This document shows positions 49,369 to 58,545 of a DNA stretch of 64,000 bases, piece after piece. Where the stretch lies: positions 1-64,000 of the IMG/VR virus record IMGVR_UViG_3300030376_004742. One strand, given 5' to 3'. Source of the stretch: a virus. Its lineage: Duplodnaviria; Caudoviricetes. The notes beneath the pieces were generated by a model. That model made no database searches, was not told the origin of the DNA, and was given only the letters and a program-made list of their open reading frames with translations. A program made the position numbers and the translations under genes. Position 1 is the first letter of the stretch. Each line of letters begins with the position of its first letter.

Positions 49369-50187
49369 ATGAGTAGAGAAATCAAATTACCGGTTAAAAG
49401 TAAGCCGTCTAGAAAAGATCCTAGAATGACTATACTTTATTCCGCACCTAAGATGGGTAAAACTACTTTAGTTAGTACATTACCAAACAATATGAACTTA
49501 GATTTAGAAGGTGGGACTCAGTTCCTAGATTCACTAAGTATGCATATTATTGGAGTTAGTGCACCAGCTAATGAGACTCAAGAATCTTTTGATGCACGTA
49601 TGTCATTAGAAGTGCCTCAATATTATTTAATGGAGGCAGGGAAAGCAATTATGCAAGCAGGTAGACCTTATGACTTTATTACTGTAGATACTGTTACTAG
49701 ATTAGAAGACATGGTTCTTCCTTTAGCAGCAGAGAAATATAGAGCTACTCCTATGGGAAAAAGCTTTACAGGAGAAGACGTAAGAATATTACCTAAAGGT
49801 AGTGGTTACTTATACCTTAGATTAGCCTTTATGGAATTAATTGAAAAGATCAAGAAATTGGCTGACAATGTAATTCTTATAGGTCATCTAAAAAACTCTG
49901 TAATTGAAAAAGCAGGAAAAGAAGTTGACGCAAAAGATTTAGATCTTACGGGAAAACTTAAACAAATTCTTTGTGCTGATGCTGATGCTATTGGGTACTT
50001 ACATAGAGGTAAAGACAGTGAAGTTTTAATTAACTTTAAAAGTACTGATCAAGTTCTATGTGGTTCTAGATGTGATCATTTACGTGGTCAAGTAATCAAA
50101 GTAGCAGATTATAGCGAAGAAACAAATGAATTAACAAACATTAACTGGAGTGTAGTATTTCCAGATAAAATTAATAACAAAAAATAA
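49369..50187 (+). CDS. AAA ATPase, Sak4-like ssDNA-annealing/recombination protein
   Basis: SAPKMGKTT, DLEGG, TVDTVT, ILIGH, ADADAIGY. Confidence 0.8.
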   Translation: MSREIKLPVKSKPSRKDPRMTILYSAPKMGKTTLVSTLPNNMNLDLEGGTQFLDSLSMHIIGVSAPANETQESFDARMSLEVPQYYLMEAGKAIMQAGRPYDFITVDTVTRLEDMVLPLAAEKYRATPMGKSFTGEDVRILPKGSGYLYLRLAFMELIEKIKKLADNVILIGHLKNSVIEKAGKEVDAKDLDLTGKLKQILCADADAIGYLHRGKDSEVLINFKSTDQVLCGSRCDHLRGQVIKVADYSEETNELTNINWSVVFPDKINNKK

Positions 50188-50198
50188 TTTACTTAAAA

Positions 50199-50636
50199 AT
50201 GAGCGAAGAAAATCCAACACCAGCAGTAACTAGAACAAAAGAAGAAAAAGTAATTGTTTCTATTGTTGCTATTAAAGAAGCCTTAAAGAAAGGTATTACT
50301 AGAAGAACAGGAGACTCAGGTTATAAAGCTGAACTAGGTTCTATTCAAGAAATGTATGGTATGACTAGAGCAGAAATAAATACATTATTTCAAGATGCTA
50401 GATTAAAAGGTTTAAAAGTTGTATTTCCAAAAGAATCACGTATTGTGATTTTAGAAGATATAGCAACTGAAACACCTGTAGAAACACCTGTAGCAACAAC
50501 TGTAGAACCAACTATAGAATCTATTGATGATTTATCAGGTACTGAAGCTACAGATTTTGCAACTCAAGAAGAGTCAACACCAGTAGCAGAAGAACCAACA
50601 GTTCCTACAGCTAATGTTACGACAGTAGAATTTTAA
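50199..50636 (+). CDS. Hypothetical protein with acidic P/T-rich tail
   Basis: 145 aa in the replication operon. Confidence 0.65.
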   Translation: MSEENPTPAVTRTKEEKVIVSIVAIKEALKKGITRRTGDSGYKAELGSIQEMYGMTRAEINTLFQDARLKGLKVVFPKESRIVILEDIATETPVETPVATTVEPTIESIDDLSGTEATDFATQEESTPVAEEPTVPTANVTTVEF

Positions 50637-50745
50637 TTATTAATACTATTATAAGCGAAGAGAGAGAAGATCCCAAGAAGCAGACAGCAAACTGTCTGGA
50701 AAAACTTCCACATTTAATTATATATTTATAAATTTTTTTAAGATT

Positions 50746-51342
50746 ATGTACGGATCAAGAACAAATCAAGAAGGTGTAGCAATTAGTGCTAACGGATCAA
50801 GCCCTATATTAGTAGGGGAAAAAGTAACTGGTAATAAACTAGTTTCTTTAGAAATGGCTAAAGACCAAAACGGTAACCCAGTAGAAAACAGAGCAACGTT
50901 AACAATTTTACAACGTAATGGAGCTAAGTTTACGCACTCATTTTGGGATTCAACAGAAGAGTGGGCTATTGTACAAGTTAACCGTGAAATGCTTCACATG
51001 GCAACAAAAATAGTTACTGAAGATGAGTACTATGCTGTGATTGAAGAGCATGGAGATAATACTTTTAAAGGATTTATTAAAGCAGTTGCAGAACACATTT
51101 TGCCAAAAGCTGCAGGTAAAACTTTTAGTATGAAGATTATCTACAAAGAGAATAAATCAAATGGTAAATGGTACCCTAACTTCCCAAAGTTTCCAAACTT
51201 TATTGAGTTAGACGGAACTGAGCCATCTACATTCTCAACTAATCCAAAGTATGACGTATACACAATGCCTACGCCAACTACTATGGATTCAACACCTACT
51301 GCTGCATTTGGTAGCGAGGAATCAACTGAGGTTGTATTTTAA
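50746..51342 (+). CDS. Single-stranded DNA-binding-like protein
   Basis: 198 aa beta-rich, aromatic YPNFPKFPNF, acidic C-terminus ending EEST-EVVF; sits between ATPase and primase. Confidence 0.6.
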   Translation: MYGSRTNQEGVAISANGSSPILVGEKVTGNKLVSLEMAKDQNGNPVENRATLTILQRNGAKFTHSFWDSTEEWAIVQVNREMLHMATKIVTEDEYYAVIEEHGDNTFKGFIKAVAEHILPKAAGKTFSMKIIYKENKSNGKWYPNFPKFPNFIELDGTEPSTFSTNPKYDVYTMPTPTTMDSTPTAAFGSEESTEVVF

Positions 51343-51371
51343 TAACAGCCTGTTAAATACACAATATAGCT

Positions 51372-52385
51372 ATGGATGTAAGGAAACCCTTAACCAAAGC
51401 TAATATATTGGAAAAAGTAAGTCAGTTTGACATATTTAACAGTTACTGTAGTCCTTTTAATGCACTTTATAAAACATTTAGAAGTGAGTTAAGGACTGAT
51501 AAAAATCCCACCTGCAGTATATGCAGAGTAGGGGAGAAACTTATTTACAAAGACTTTTCTGAATCAGAAACAAGAGATTGTTTTGATTATATACAGGCAA
51601 AGTACGGTGTAAGTTTCATTCAAGCACTAGAAATGGTTAACAGAGATTTTGGACTAAATTTACTTTCTACAGTTACTTTAAGTACTGAGAGAGTTCAAGT
51701 TGCTAAATCAGATTTTGACGTAATGACAATTCCTGAGCAAGTAGTAGATATACGTGTTTGTACACGTACTTTTACTGTCGCTGATAAAGAGTTTTGGTAC
51801 GACAGATTTGGTATACATTCAGCAACTCTAGAGAAGTTCAAAATCTTTCCATTATCTGGTTTTTTCGTAAATGGAGTCTATACACAAAGTGGAAGTAATG
51901 TATATGGCTATTATTTCGGATTACTTCCTGATAAACGGGAAGCTTGGAAAATTTATCAACCTTATGCTGATAGAAAATTAAAATGGAGGAGTAATTGTCC
52001 AGAAAGTATAATTCAAGGTTGGGAGCAACTCCCAGCAGAAGGAGACGTAGTTATTATTACTAAGTCGTTAAAAGATGTTGCTGTATTAACGCAACTAGAT
52101 TTTCCTTCTGTAGCACCACAAGCAGAATCAAACACTATATCCCCAGATCTAGTATTGAATCTAAGGAAACGATATGAGCATGTAATGCTTTTATATGACA
52201 ATGATGAACCAGGTAAAATAGCTGCTCAAAAAATAGCAGAACAACATAATCTACCTGTATTCTTTATGCCAGATGAAACTAAAGATGCTTCAGATTTTGT
52301 AGAATTATATGGAACGGATGAGTTATTTCAATTTATAACAGAAACTTATGAGAAATACAGTTACAATTCCCAATTGGGAAGCTAG
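51372..52385 (+). CDS. DNA primase (TOPRIM)
   Basis: SELRTDKNPTC N-terminal domain, ITKSLKDV, LLYDNDEPG, KDASD. Confidence 0.85.
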   Translation: MDVRKPLTKANILEKVSQFDIFNSYCSPFNALYKTFRSELRTDKNPTCSICRVGEKLIYKDFSESETRDCFDYIQAKYGVSFIQALEMVNRDFGLNLLSTVTLSTERVQVAKSDFDVMTIPEQVVDIRVCTRTFTVADKEFWYDRFGIHSATLEKFKIFPLSGFFVNGVYTQSGSNVYGYYFGLLPDKREAWKIYQPYADRKLKWRSNCPESIIQGWEQLPAEGDVVIITKSLKDVAVLTQLDFPSVAPQAESNTISPDLVLNLRKRYEHVMLLYDNDEPGKIAAQKIAEQHNLPVFFMPDETKDASDFVELYGTDELFQFITETYEKYSYNSQLGS

Positions 52386-52932
52386 TTATTTGAAATCTGA
52401 GAATACTAGAGCCAAATATTGGCTTTGGAAGGACCGGGAAAAACTCCCAAAGAAATATTCAACACAATTAAGTCCTAGTCCTCTAATTAAGGGGACTAAG
52501 GCTTATTGTGCTGATATTGAGGGAAACAGGTTCGTAAAGAACACAAAAAAAGTAGGAACACAAAATAGATGGATATTAAATGGACAAGATTTATACAATG
52601 CTACATTAAACTGGCGTTTACGCAAGTCAATAGCAAAGTATTATCATGAATATTTTAGTCGGTTTATTCAAGAACAACTAACACCAATCACTATTCCAGA
52701 AGGTAAATTCCTTAGTATAGGATGTGATATTTACGAAGTTAAGCGTGGTAACATGCCTGACATAAGTAATATGTGGTTATTAGAAAAGTTTTTTGAAGAT
52801 GCGCTCCAGGAATGTGGAATAATCCCAGACGATAATTCTGATTATGTAATAGAATCAGGACGTAAGAGATATCATTTCGTTGAGACAGCAGATGACCGTA
52901 AATTAGTATTTACAATAAATTTAGTAGAATGA
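52348..52932 (+). CDS. RusA-like Holliday junction resolvase
   Basis: PDISNMW...FEDALQECGIIPDDN. Confidence 0.75.
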   Translation: MRNTVTIPNWEASYLKSENTRAKYWLWKDREKLPKKYSTQLSPSPLIKGTKAYCADIEGNRFVKNTKKVGTQNRWILNGQDLYNATLNWRLRKSIAKYYHEYFSRFIQEQLTPITIPEGKFLSIGCDIYEVKRGNMPDISNMWLLEKFFEDALQECGIIPDDNSDYVIESGRKRYHFVETADDRKLVFTINLVE

Positions 52933-53513
52933 AAAATGTTAAACTACGCCTATTTATATTTGTTATTATATGTATAGTATTTTATTATGATTATTTTACA
53001 AGTTGTAATAATTTTAACTACATAAAATTTAAATGTAAGACAATGACAAAGGATAAACCTGTGCCAGTAGAGAATACTACTACAGACAGTGCCTTTTTTC
53101 ATGCAGTGAACCATATTAAATCTTTTGAAGGCTTTCGTAGTAAAGTTTATTTAGATAATGACGGATCACCAACAATAGGTTATGGCCATCATTTGCGCCA
53201 AGGAGAAAATTATCAGAATATATCTGATAGCTTAGCCAGTATAATATTAGAACAAGATTTACAAAAGTATCTTGATCGTGTAGAGGCTAAGCATAAAGTT
53301 AAAGGAGATACTCTTTTAGCTTTAGGTTTATTTAGTTACAACTGTGGTCCAGGAGCTTTAGATAGAGCTATAGACAACGGTTTATTAGATAATCCACAGA
53401 AAATTTTACAGTATTGTCATTATAAAACAAAAGACAAAGCTGGAAATATAACAGTACACAAATCAAATCAATTATTAACACGACGTAAATATGAATTTGC
53501 GTTATTAAACTAA
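52929..53513 (+). CDS. Lysozyme (GH24) with N-terminal membrane anchor
   Basis: FEGFRSKVYLDNDGSPTIGYGH catalytic E/D/T triad; FSYNCG; LLTRRKYE; N-terminal TM. Confidence 0.85.
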   Translation: MKNVKLRLFIFVIICIVFYYDYFTSCNNFNYIKFKCKTMTKDKPVPVENTTTDSAFFHAVNHIKSFEGFRSKVYLDNDGSPTIGYGHHLRQGENYQNISDSLASIILEQDLQKYLDRVEAKHKVKGDTLLALGLFSYNCGPGALDRAIDNGLLDNPQKILQYCHYKTKDKAGNITVHKSNQLLTRRKYEFALLN

Positions 53514-53518
53514 AAAAA

Positions 53519-53758
53519 ATGACAAGAGTTATAACAATTATTAGCCCACAAGGAGACTTAAGAGTAGAATTAAATTCAACTGCTACAACGTGGGGAGAAT
53601 TAAAAGCTGAAATCAATGCAGACGGAACATTTAATGCAAATGACTCTACAGCAATGATAAGAGGAGTACGTGAAGGTTTAACATCTGATAGTAGCGTATT
53701 ACCTGTTACTCCATTTTCTGTATTCTTAACGCCTAGTAAAATTAAATCAGGTAAGTAA
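53519..53758 (+). CDS. Ubiquitin-like (beta-grasp) protein
   Basis: 79 aa; strand-strand-helix (TWGELKAEI) pattern, SVLP..PFSVFLTP tail ending KIKSG-K; upstream of E2/JAB/E1-like genes. Confidence 0.65.
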   Translation: MTRVITIISPQGDLRVELNSTATTWGELKAEINADGTFNANDSTAMIRGVREGLTSDSSVLPVTPFSVFLTPSKIKSGK

Positions 53759-53898
53759 TGAATGCAGATGCTCAAAAAGAAATAGAGTCAGATGTTAAAA
53801 AAATGAAAACGGCAATCAAAAAATGGCAAAAGAAAACAGTTATACCTGTTTTGTTAAATCCATATACTGCCGTTAATAACAGCGGCTCAATTAGATAA
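53758..53898 (+). CDS. 46-aa peptide translationally coupled to the Ubl gene
   Basis: TAATG overlap; MNADAQKEIESDVKKMKTAIKKWQKKTVIPVLLNPYTAVNNSGSIR. Confidence 0.45.
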   Translation: MNADAQKEIESDVKKMKTAIKKWQKKTVIPVLLNPYTAVNNSGSIR

Positions 53899-53913
53899 GA
53901 AGAAAACAATAGT

Positions 53914-53944
53914 AAGGAGGAGGTATTATGCCTCCTCTTATTTT
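53914..53944 (+). terminator. Terminator/attenuator between Ubl and E2-like genes
   Basis: GAGGAGGUA-UUA-UGCCUCCUC followed by UUAUUUU. Confidence 0.7.
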
Positions 53945-53956
53945 AATTTATGAATT

Positions 53957-55123
53957 ATGACAACAGAAGAACAACAAATTTCAACACAAACGGATATGGT
54001 AGATATGACTACTATAGCTGAAATTGCAGAGGAGGTACATCCAGGGAACTGGGACTTGGGTTTAGCAGAACCTGCATTAGCTCAAAAGCTAAGAAGTTAT
54101 ATCTCTTCTGATGCTTATGATGGATTTATCCAACGACTAATTATAAAATTCCCAGAAACAACAATACGAAATAGTATAGGAGATTCTGCAACAATACACG
54201 ATATGTATATCGCCATTATGTTTAATGCTGATTTTACAGAAATCTTAACACCAAAAATGTTTTCTATGCGTTCTACGGTTACTACTAAAGAATATGCTAG
54301 TGGATTTTTTCACCCACATTCTGCAGCCGTAAGTAAAAATAACAATAATGTAAGTTCTTATTTTATTTGGAGAGATATGTGTCTTGGTGGTGGAACAGAA
54401 TTAGATCATTTAATGGTCAGTTTAAGAAATGACGGAGTTACGAAAAAAGATATATTTGAATTACTAGTAATGTTACATAGATATGTTGCTTGGGAATCTT
54501 TAGAAGGAGGACCTTATAGAAAACTTAGCCATGTAGATTACCCAAGAATAGGTGGATCTGACAGAAACCATAATTCTATAAAGTCTTCAATACTTGTTCA
54601 GCATTTAGCACCAATATTTAAATATAATGATGATATTCCTTTACCAGAATTAATTAATTCAAATGGTCAGGCTACAGCCGTAACTAATGTTTATGCTTCG
54701 TTTGAAAAAGGATTACATAAGTTATTTCTAGATTATAAAAATGGAATTGTAATTTATCCTGACTCATACCGTTCAGTAGACTCACTAGTGAACTCTGCTT
54801 TAGGTGTAATAATAGAAGATCAATTTATGTCTTTTCAGAATAGCTCTGGAGGTAACGATGGAAGTGAAACTGTAAAACCATTATCTTTTTATGAAGAAAA
54901 AATAGAAGAAATAGATCAATTTAATAGATGTTATAGTGAAGATGTATTATATTTTAAGCAAAATCCTGTAGAGTTTAAGATAACTTTAGACCTAAACGGA
55001 TTAGTAGAGACTGAGATTGACGTTGATTATAACTCAGCTAGAGTAAACCCACGCTTAATCACTGCAGTAGTAGAAACATATCTTAACCAGTATAACGGTT
55101 TTATTAAATCATTATATATATAA
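53957..55123 (+). CDS. Prokaryotic E2 (UBC-fold)-like protein with C-terminal extension
   Basis: H119-P-H121 then M-C142-L-G; WESLEGGPY; cassette context. HPH-to-Cys spacing is longer than canonical. Confidence 0.55.
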   Translation: MTTEEQQISTQTDMVDMTTIAEIAEEVHPGNWDLGLAEPALAQKLRSYISSDAYDGFIQRLIIKFPETTIRNSIGDSATIHDMYIAIMFNADFTEILTPKMFSMRSTVTTKEYASGFFHPHSAAVSKNNNNVSSYFIWRDMCLGGGTELDHLMVSLRNDGVTKKDIFELLVMLHRYVAWESLEGGPYRKLSHVDYPRIGGSDRNHNSIKSSILVQHLAPIFKYNDDIPLPELINSNGQATAVTNVYASFEKGLHKLFLDYKNGIVIYPDSYRSVDSLVNSALGVIIEDQFMSFQNSSGGNDGSETVKPLSFYEEKIEEIDQFNRCYSEDVLYFKQNPVEFKITLDLNGLVETEIDVDYNSARVNPRLITAVVETYLNQYNGFIKSLYI

Positions 55124-55136
55124 TAAAATTAAAACA

Positions 55137-56474
55137 ATGAAGAATTATAAAATAATAGAAGATACTACAAAAGTTGTAGCTAAGAAAAGAACAGAAAAAA
55201 CAACAGAATATAACCCTACTTTAATTTTATCACAATCATTTTTAGATAAAGTAAACTTTTTGCACAAACAAGTAAAAAAAGATACAGAATGGAGTGCAAT
55301 TTTACTTTACTCAACTAAAGAAGGTTCTATAGATGTAGATCCTAATAAATGGGTAATATCTGTAGATGACTGTATCTTAATGGATGTAGGCACAAGTGCT
55401 TATACAGAATATGATATGGAAGCCGGAGATGATTATGCTACTGACCAGTGGATGGATCATTTAGAAAAAGGCGGTAAAATAGGGCATTTACATACACATC
55501 ACAATATGAAGTGTTATTTCTCAGGAACTGATATGCAAGAGTTACATGATAATTCACCTCAGCATAATTATTACTTAAGTTTAATTGTAAACTATGATAA
55601 TCTTGATGCTTGGTGCGCTAAAGTAGCAATATGTGGATCAGAAACTGTAGAAGGAACTAAACAAGTAACTAAATCTTGGACAGGAGCTAAAGGAGTTGTT
55701 GTACAAGAAAAAACAGAAGATTTAACTAAAACAGAAGAAGTATTATACTTAATGGATTGTAAAATCACAACTGAAGCCGTTGAACCAGATGGTTTACAAG
55801 CTAGGTTAGATAGTATAATGGCTAAGAAGGAGGCTAAAAAACCTAAATATACTTCATTACATTATGGACAAAATTGGTATTGGAATGGCTCAAGACAACA
55901 GTCATCATTTAATGTACCAGAAACAGTAAAAAATCAACTAGATTTATTTGGAGAACCAAAAGAATGGAAATCTGCAGAAGAATATAGTAAAGAAGATTTT
56001 ATTAATACTGATCCAGAATGGAATGGTTTATTTGACACTTATAATGCAGAAGTTGCATTAAAAACTGTTGATTTATCAGAAGAAGAAAAGGATTTTTCAA
56101 TTACTCCTGTTGTAGCAGAAGCTTGTATAGCGCATCTTTTAGGACAAACAGAAGAGTGTTATACTAATCTAGAAGAAGTATTAAAGTCTTTAGAAACAAT
56201 AAAACCTGAAGAATTAGATATGTTTTTACAGCAGATTGAAGTATCTTTTTCACTTTCTCTCTTTTTTAAGAAAGATTTAACACCTTTTCAACTACATGTA
56301 GTAGCCGTTGCAACTTTAGCAGTTCTAGAAAAATATTCAGCTAGTTACAAATGTGTAGAAGAAATTACATTTTTATTAGAAGACTATTTAATGCAAGAAG
56401 GAGATTTTAATTTTTCTGACGTAGAAGATATGACAGGAGTTAAGATTGAAGATCAGTATTACATAGGGGATTAA
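55137..56474 (+). CDS. JAB/MPN+ metalloprotease (deubiquitinase-like) with acidic C-terminal domain
   Basis: Complete JAMM motif: E51...H119-T-H121-x7-S129-x2-D132. Confidence 0.85.
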   Translation: MKNYKIIEDTTKVVAKKRTEKTTEYNPTLILSQSFLDKVNFLHKQVKKDTEWSAILLYSTKEGSIDVDPNKWVISVDDCILMDVGTSAYTEYDMEAGDDYATDQWMDHLEKGGKIGHLHTHHNMKCYFSGTDMQELHDNSPQHNYYLSLIVNYDNLDAWCAKVAICGSETVEGTKQVTKSWTGAKGVVVQEKTEDLTKTEEVLYLMDCKITTEAVEPDGLQARLDSIMAKKEAKKPKYTSLHYGQNWYWNGSRQQSSFNVPETVKNQLDLFGEPKEWKSAEEYSKEDFINTDPEWNGLFDTYNAEVALKTVDLSEEEKDFSITPVVAEACIAHLLGQTEECYTNLEEVLKSLETIKPEELDMFLQQIEVSFSLSLFFKKDLTPFQLHVVAVATLAVLEKYSASYKCVEEITFLLEDYLMQEGDFNFSDVEDMTGVKIEDQYYIGD

Positions 56475-56493
56475 CATTTATATAATAATTTTT

Positions 56494-57174
56494 ATGAATC
56501 AGATTGATAACAAAAAAGTTAGATTTTCTGACGCACCGTGGGCTAATGCTATCCAACACATTGTTGTTGGTGGCGTTGGCGGTATCGGGAGTTGGGCATC
56601 TCTCTTTTTAGCAAGAATTGGACACTATTTATATCTTTATGATATAGATATAGTTGATGAAACCAATATGGGAGGTCAATTATATGGTGTAGATCAAATA
56701 AGTATGAATAAAACTGCAGCTGCAAAACAAAATATAGAAAAGTTTTGTGGAAAAGACAGTCAAGTTTACTTATATGACGAATTTACTACAGAAGAAGGTA
56801 TGGTTGCACCTGTAGTATTTAGTTGCTTTGATAATATGGCAGCTAGAAAAGCAATGTTTGAGAAATGGGCACAGTATGACAAACGTGAAGTCTTTATAGA
56901 TGGACGAATGTTAGCTGAAGTAGGGATGGTATTTATTGTTCAAAAAGGACAAGAAGAAGAATATAGAAAACATTTGTTTGAAGATTCTGAAGTAGAGGAA
57001 GCTCCATGCTCATTTAAAGCTACAAGTCATTGTGGTGCATTTATAGGATCATTAATGGTATCCGGTTTAAATAATTACTTAGCCAATAAAACAGCTGGTA
57101 ATAATGACCGTGTTATTAATTTTCATACTAATTTTGCATTACCTATGGCTCATGTAGATGGAACAGAATTATAA
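56494..57174 (+). CDS. E1-like ThiF/MoeB-family adenylyltransferase
   Basis: GVGGIG, DIDIVDETN, GQL, NK, CFDNMAAR, IDGR; candidate catalytic Cys172 in EEAPCS. Confidence 0.9.
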   Translation: MNQIDNKKVRFSDAPWANAIQHIVVGGVGGIGSWASLFLARIGHYLYLYDIDIVDETNMGGQLYGVDQISMNKTAAAKQNIEKFCGKDSQVYLYDEFTTEEGMVAPVVFSCFDNMAARKAMFEKWAQYDKREVFIDGRMLAEVGMVFIVQKGQEEEYRKHLFEDSEVEEAPCSFKATSHCGAFIGSLMVSGLNNYLANKTAGNNDRVINFHTNFALPMAHVDGTEL

Positions 57175-57178
57175 ACTT

Positions 57179-57246
57179 AACTGGGAGAAACAGGCCTAAA
57201 CCGTTTCTTTAAATTTTATACTATTTGGCGTGTATAAAACCCAGTT
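57179..57246 (+). ncRNA. Candidate three-way-junction RNA between E1 and the next gene
   Basis: P1 AACUGGG/CCCAGUU, P2 AGAAAC/GUUUCU, P3 UUUUAUAC/GUAUAAAA, followed by a U-tract. Confidence 0.45.
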
Positions 57247-57263
57247 TTTTAACAAATTAAATT

Positions 57264-58490
57264 ATGTCAAGACATATTAACTCAACCGGTACACACTTAA
57301 TACGGAACTTAGTTTTTAGAATACAATCTATAGTAACCCAGAATTGGCGTGATACAGGGCTGTTTGGGACACAGTCTCATATTAACTTGTTTAGAGATCA
57401 AATAGACCTTAACCAAAGAGCTACTGGTCTATTAGGTTATAAAACATTTAAAAGTACTAATACAGCTAATTTAAGTAGAATTCCTGTAGGAGCATTAGGA
57501 GCTGGAGGATATGTAAATCAAAGTCATGATGAACATCTAGGCTCTGACAACTCTACATGGGGATTAGGAGATAGACTTATTACAGGTATTAGACAACGTT
57601 GTTTAAATCAGATATATGAAGAAAATCTACAACAATACAGAGACGAACATAATGGTGAAGAAATGCCTGACGCTGATGTAATAGATATGTACAATATATC
57701 AAACCGCTATAGATTTGCTCAAAAAACAAATGAATGTTACAATTTAGCAAATTATGTCAGTAATGCAATAGGTAATGGTAATAGATTACATAGAGCACTT
57801 ACTCTTTTACCACTGATCAATAATCCAAGTTTAATGAATAGCATAGATTATACCCAAGATCAAGACTTAATAGAAAATGACGTAGCAAAGCTATTAGAGA
57901 ACACATTAGAAGAGTCTTTAAAATTACCTACCCATTTATATACTAATATTAGTATGGGAGGTTACCCCGATAAAAGTACGTATCAAGCTGTATACAATCA
58001 TTTTACTACTACATTAGGTGGTAGAGTATTAGAATATTTTAAATTTAGAGACTATGAAGTAGCAGTAGGTTATGGTACAATAATAGACTTAAAGAATAAA
58101 AAAGTTTTAGCTATGTTAACTCTTAACCCAGAGTATCTAGATTATTATTTACTAAAAACAAGATCTAAATCTAAAAAAGACTTAAACCCCGCAATATTTG
58201 ATTTTATTATAGATAAAGATTTAAATAGTGCAGATTCTATTTATCCGTCAGAATTAACACGGTTACTTAGAATGGGTGTAACAGAAGCCTTACCAGAAGG
58301 AGTAGATGTAGAGTATGTAAATGGCTCTGAGATTTTTGATGAAATATATGCTGAAGAAATCAAAGAAAAAGAAGATACTCTTAATCCTTTAGAGGCTATT
58401 CAACGCAATGAAGAGATGCAATTAGCATTTTTTGATACATTAGAAGTAAAAACAAATTTAAAAAATAATCATATTTCTATTGTCTATTAA
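57264..58490 (+). CDS. Hypothetical protein at the end of the Ubl cassette
   Basis: 408 aa; no motif recognised. Confidence 0.7.
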   Translation: MSRHINSTGTHLIRNLVFRIQSIVTQNWRDTGLFGTQSHINLFRDQIDLNQRATGLLGYKTFKSTNTANLSRIPVGALGAGGYVNQSHDEHLGSDNSTWGLGDRLITGIRQRCLNQIYEENLQQYRDEHNGEEMPDADVIDMYNISNRYRFAQKTNECYNLANYVSNAIGNGNRLHRALTLLPLINNPSLMNSIDYTQDQDLIENDVAKLLENTLEESLKLPTHLYTNISMGGYPDKSTYQAVYNHFTTTLGGRVLEYFKFRDYEVAVGYGTIIDLKNKKVLAMLTLNPEYLDYYLLKTRSKSKKDLNPAIFDFIIDKDLNSADSIYPSELTRLLRMGVTEALPEGVDVEYVNGSEIFDEIYAEEIKEKEDTLNPLEAIQRNEEMQLAFFDTLEVKTNLKNNHISIVY

Positions 58491-58509
58491 AATAAATTGA
58501 GTATCTTTA
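58479..58509 (+). promoter_or_regulatory. Near-consensus host promoter for the amidase (ATTG-N19-TATCTTTA)
   Basis: One mismatch in each box; 36 nt upstream of ATG 58546. Confidence 0.35.
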
Positions 58510-58545
58510 TAAGTTCAATTGTAATTAACTAAATTTTATATAACT

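Noticed and set aside
50681-50708. Hairpin CAGACAG-CAAA-CUGUCUG before the SSB-like gene
   Set aside because: A single 7-bp stem without a U-tract; not enough to call a terminator or RNA element
56494-57174. ThiF as a thiamine or molybdopterin biosynthesis auxiliary gene
   Set aside because: No thiG/thiS-type, moaE or sulfurtransferase genes nearby; neighbours are JAB, E2-like and Ubl genes, and the Zn-binding CxxC pairs of ThiF/MoeB are absent
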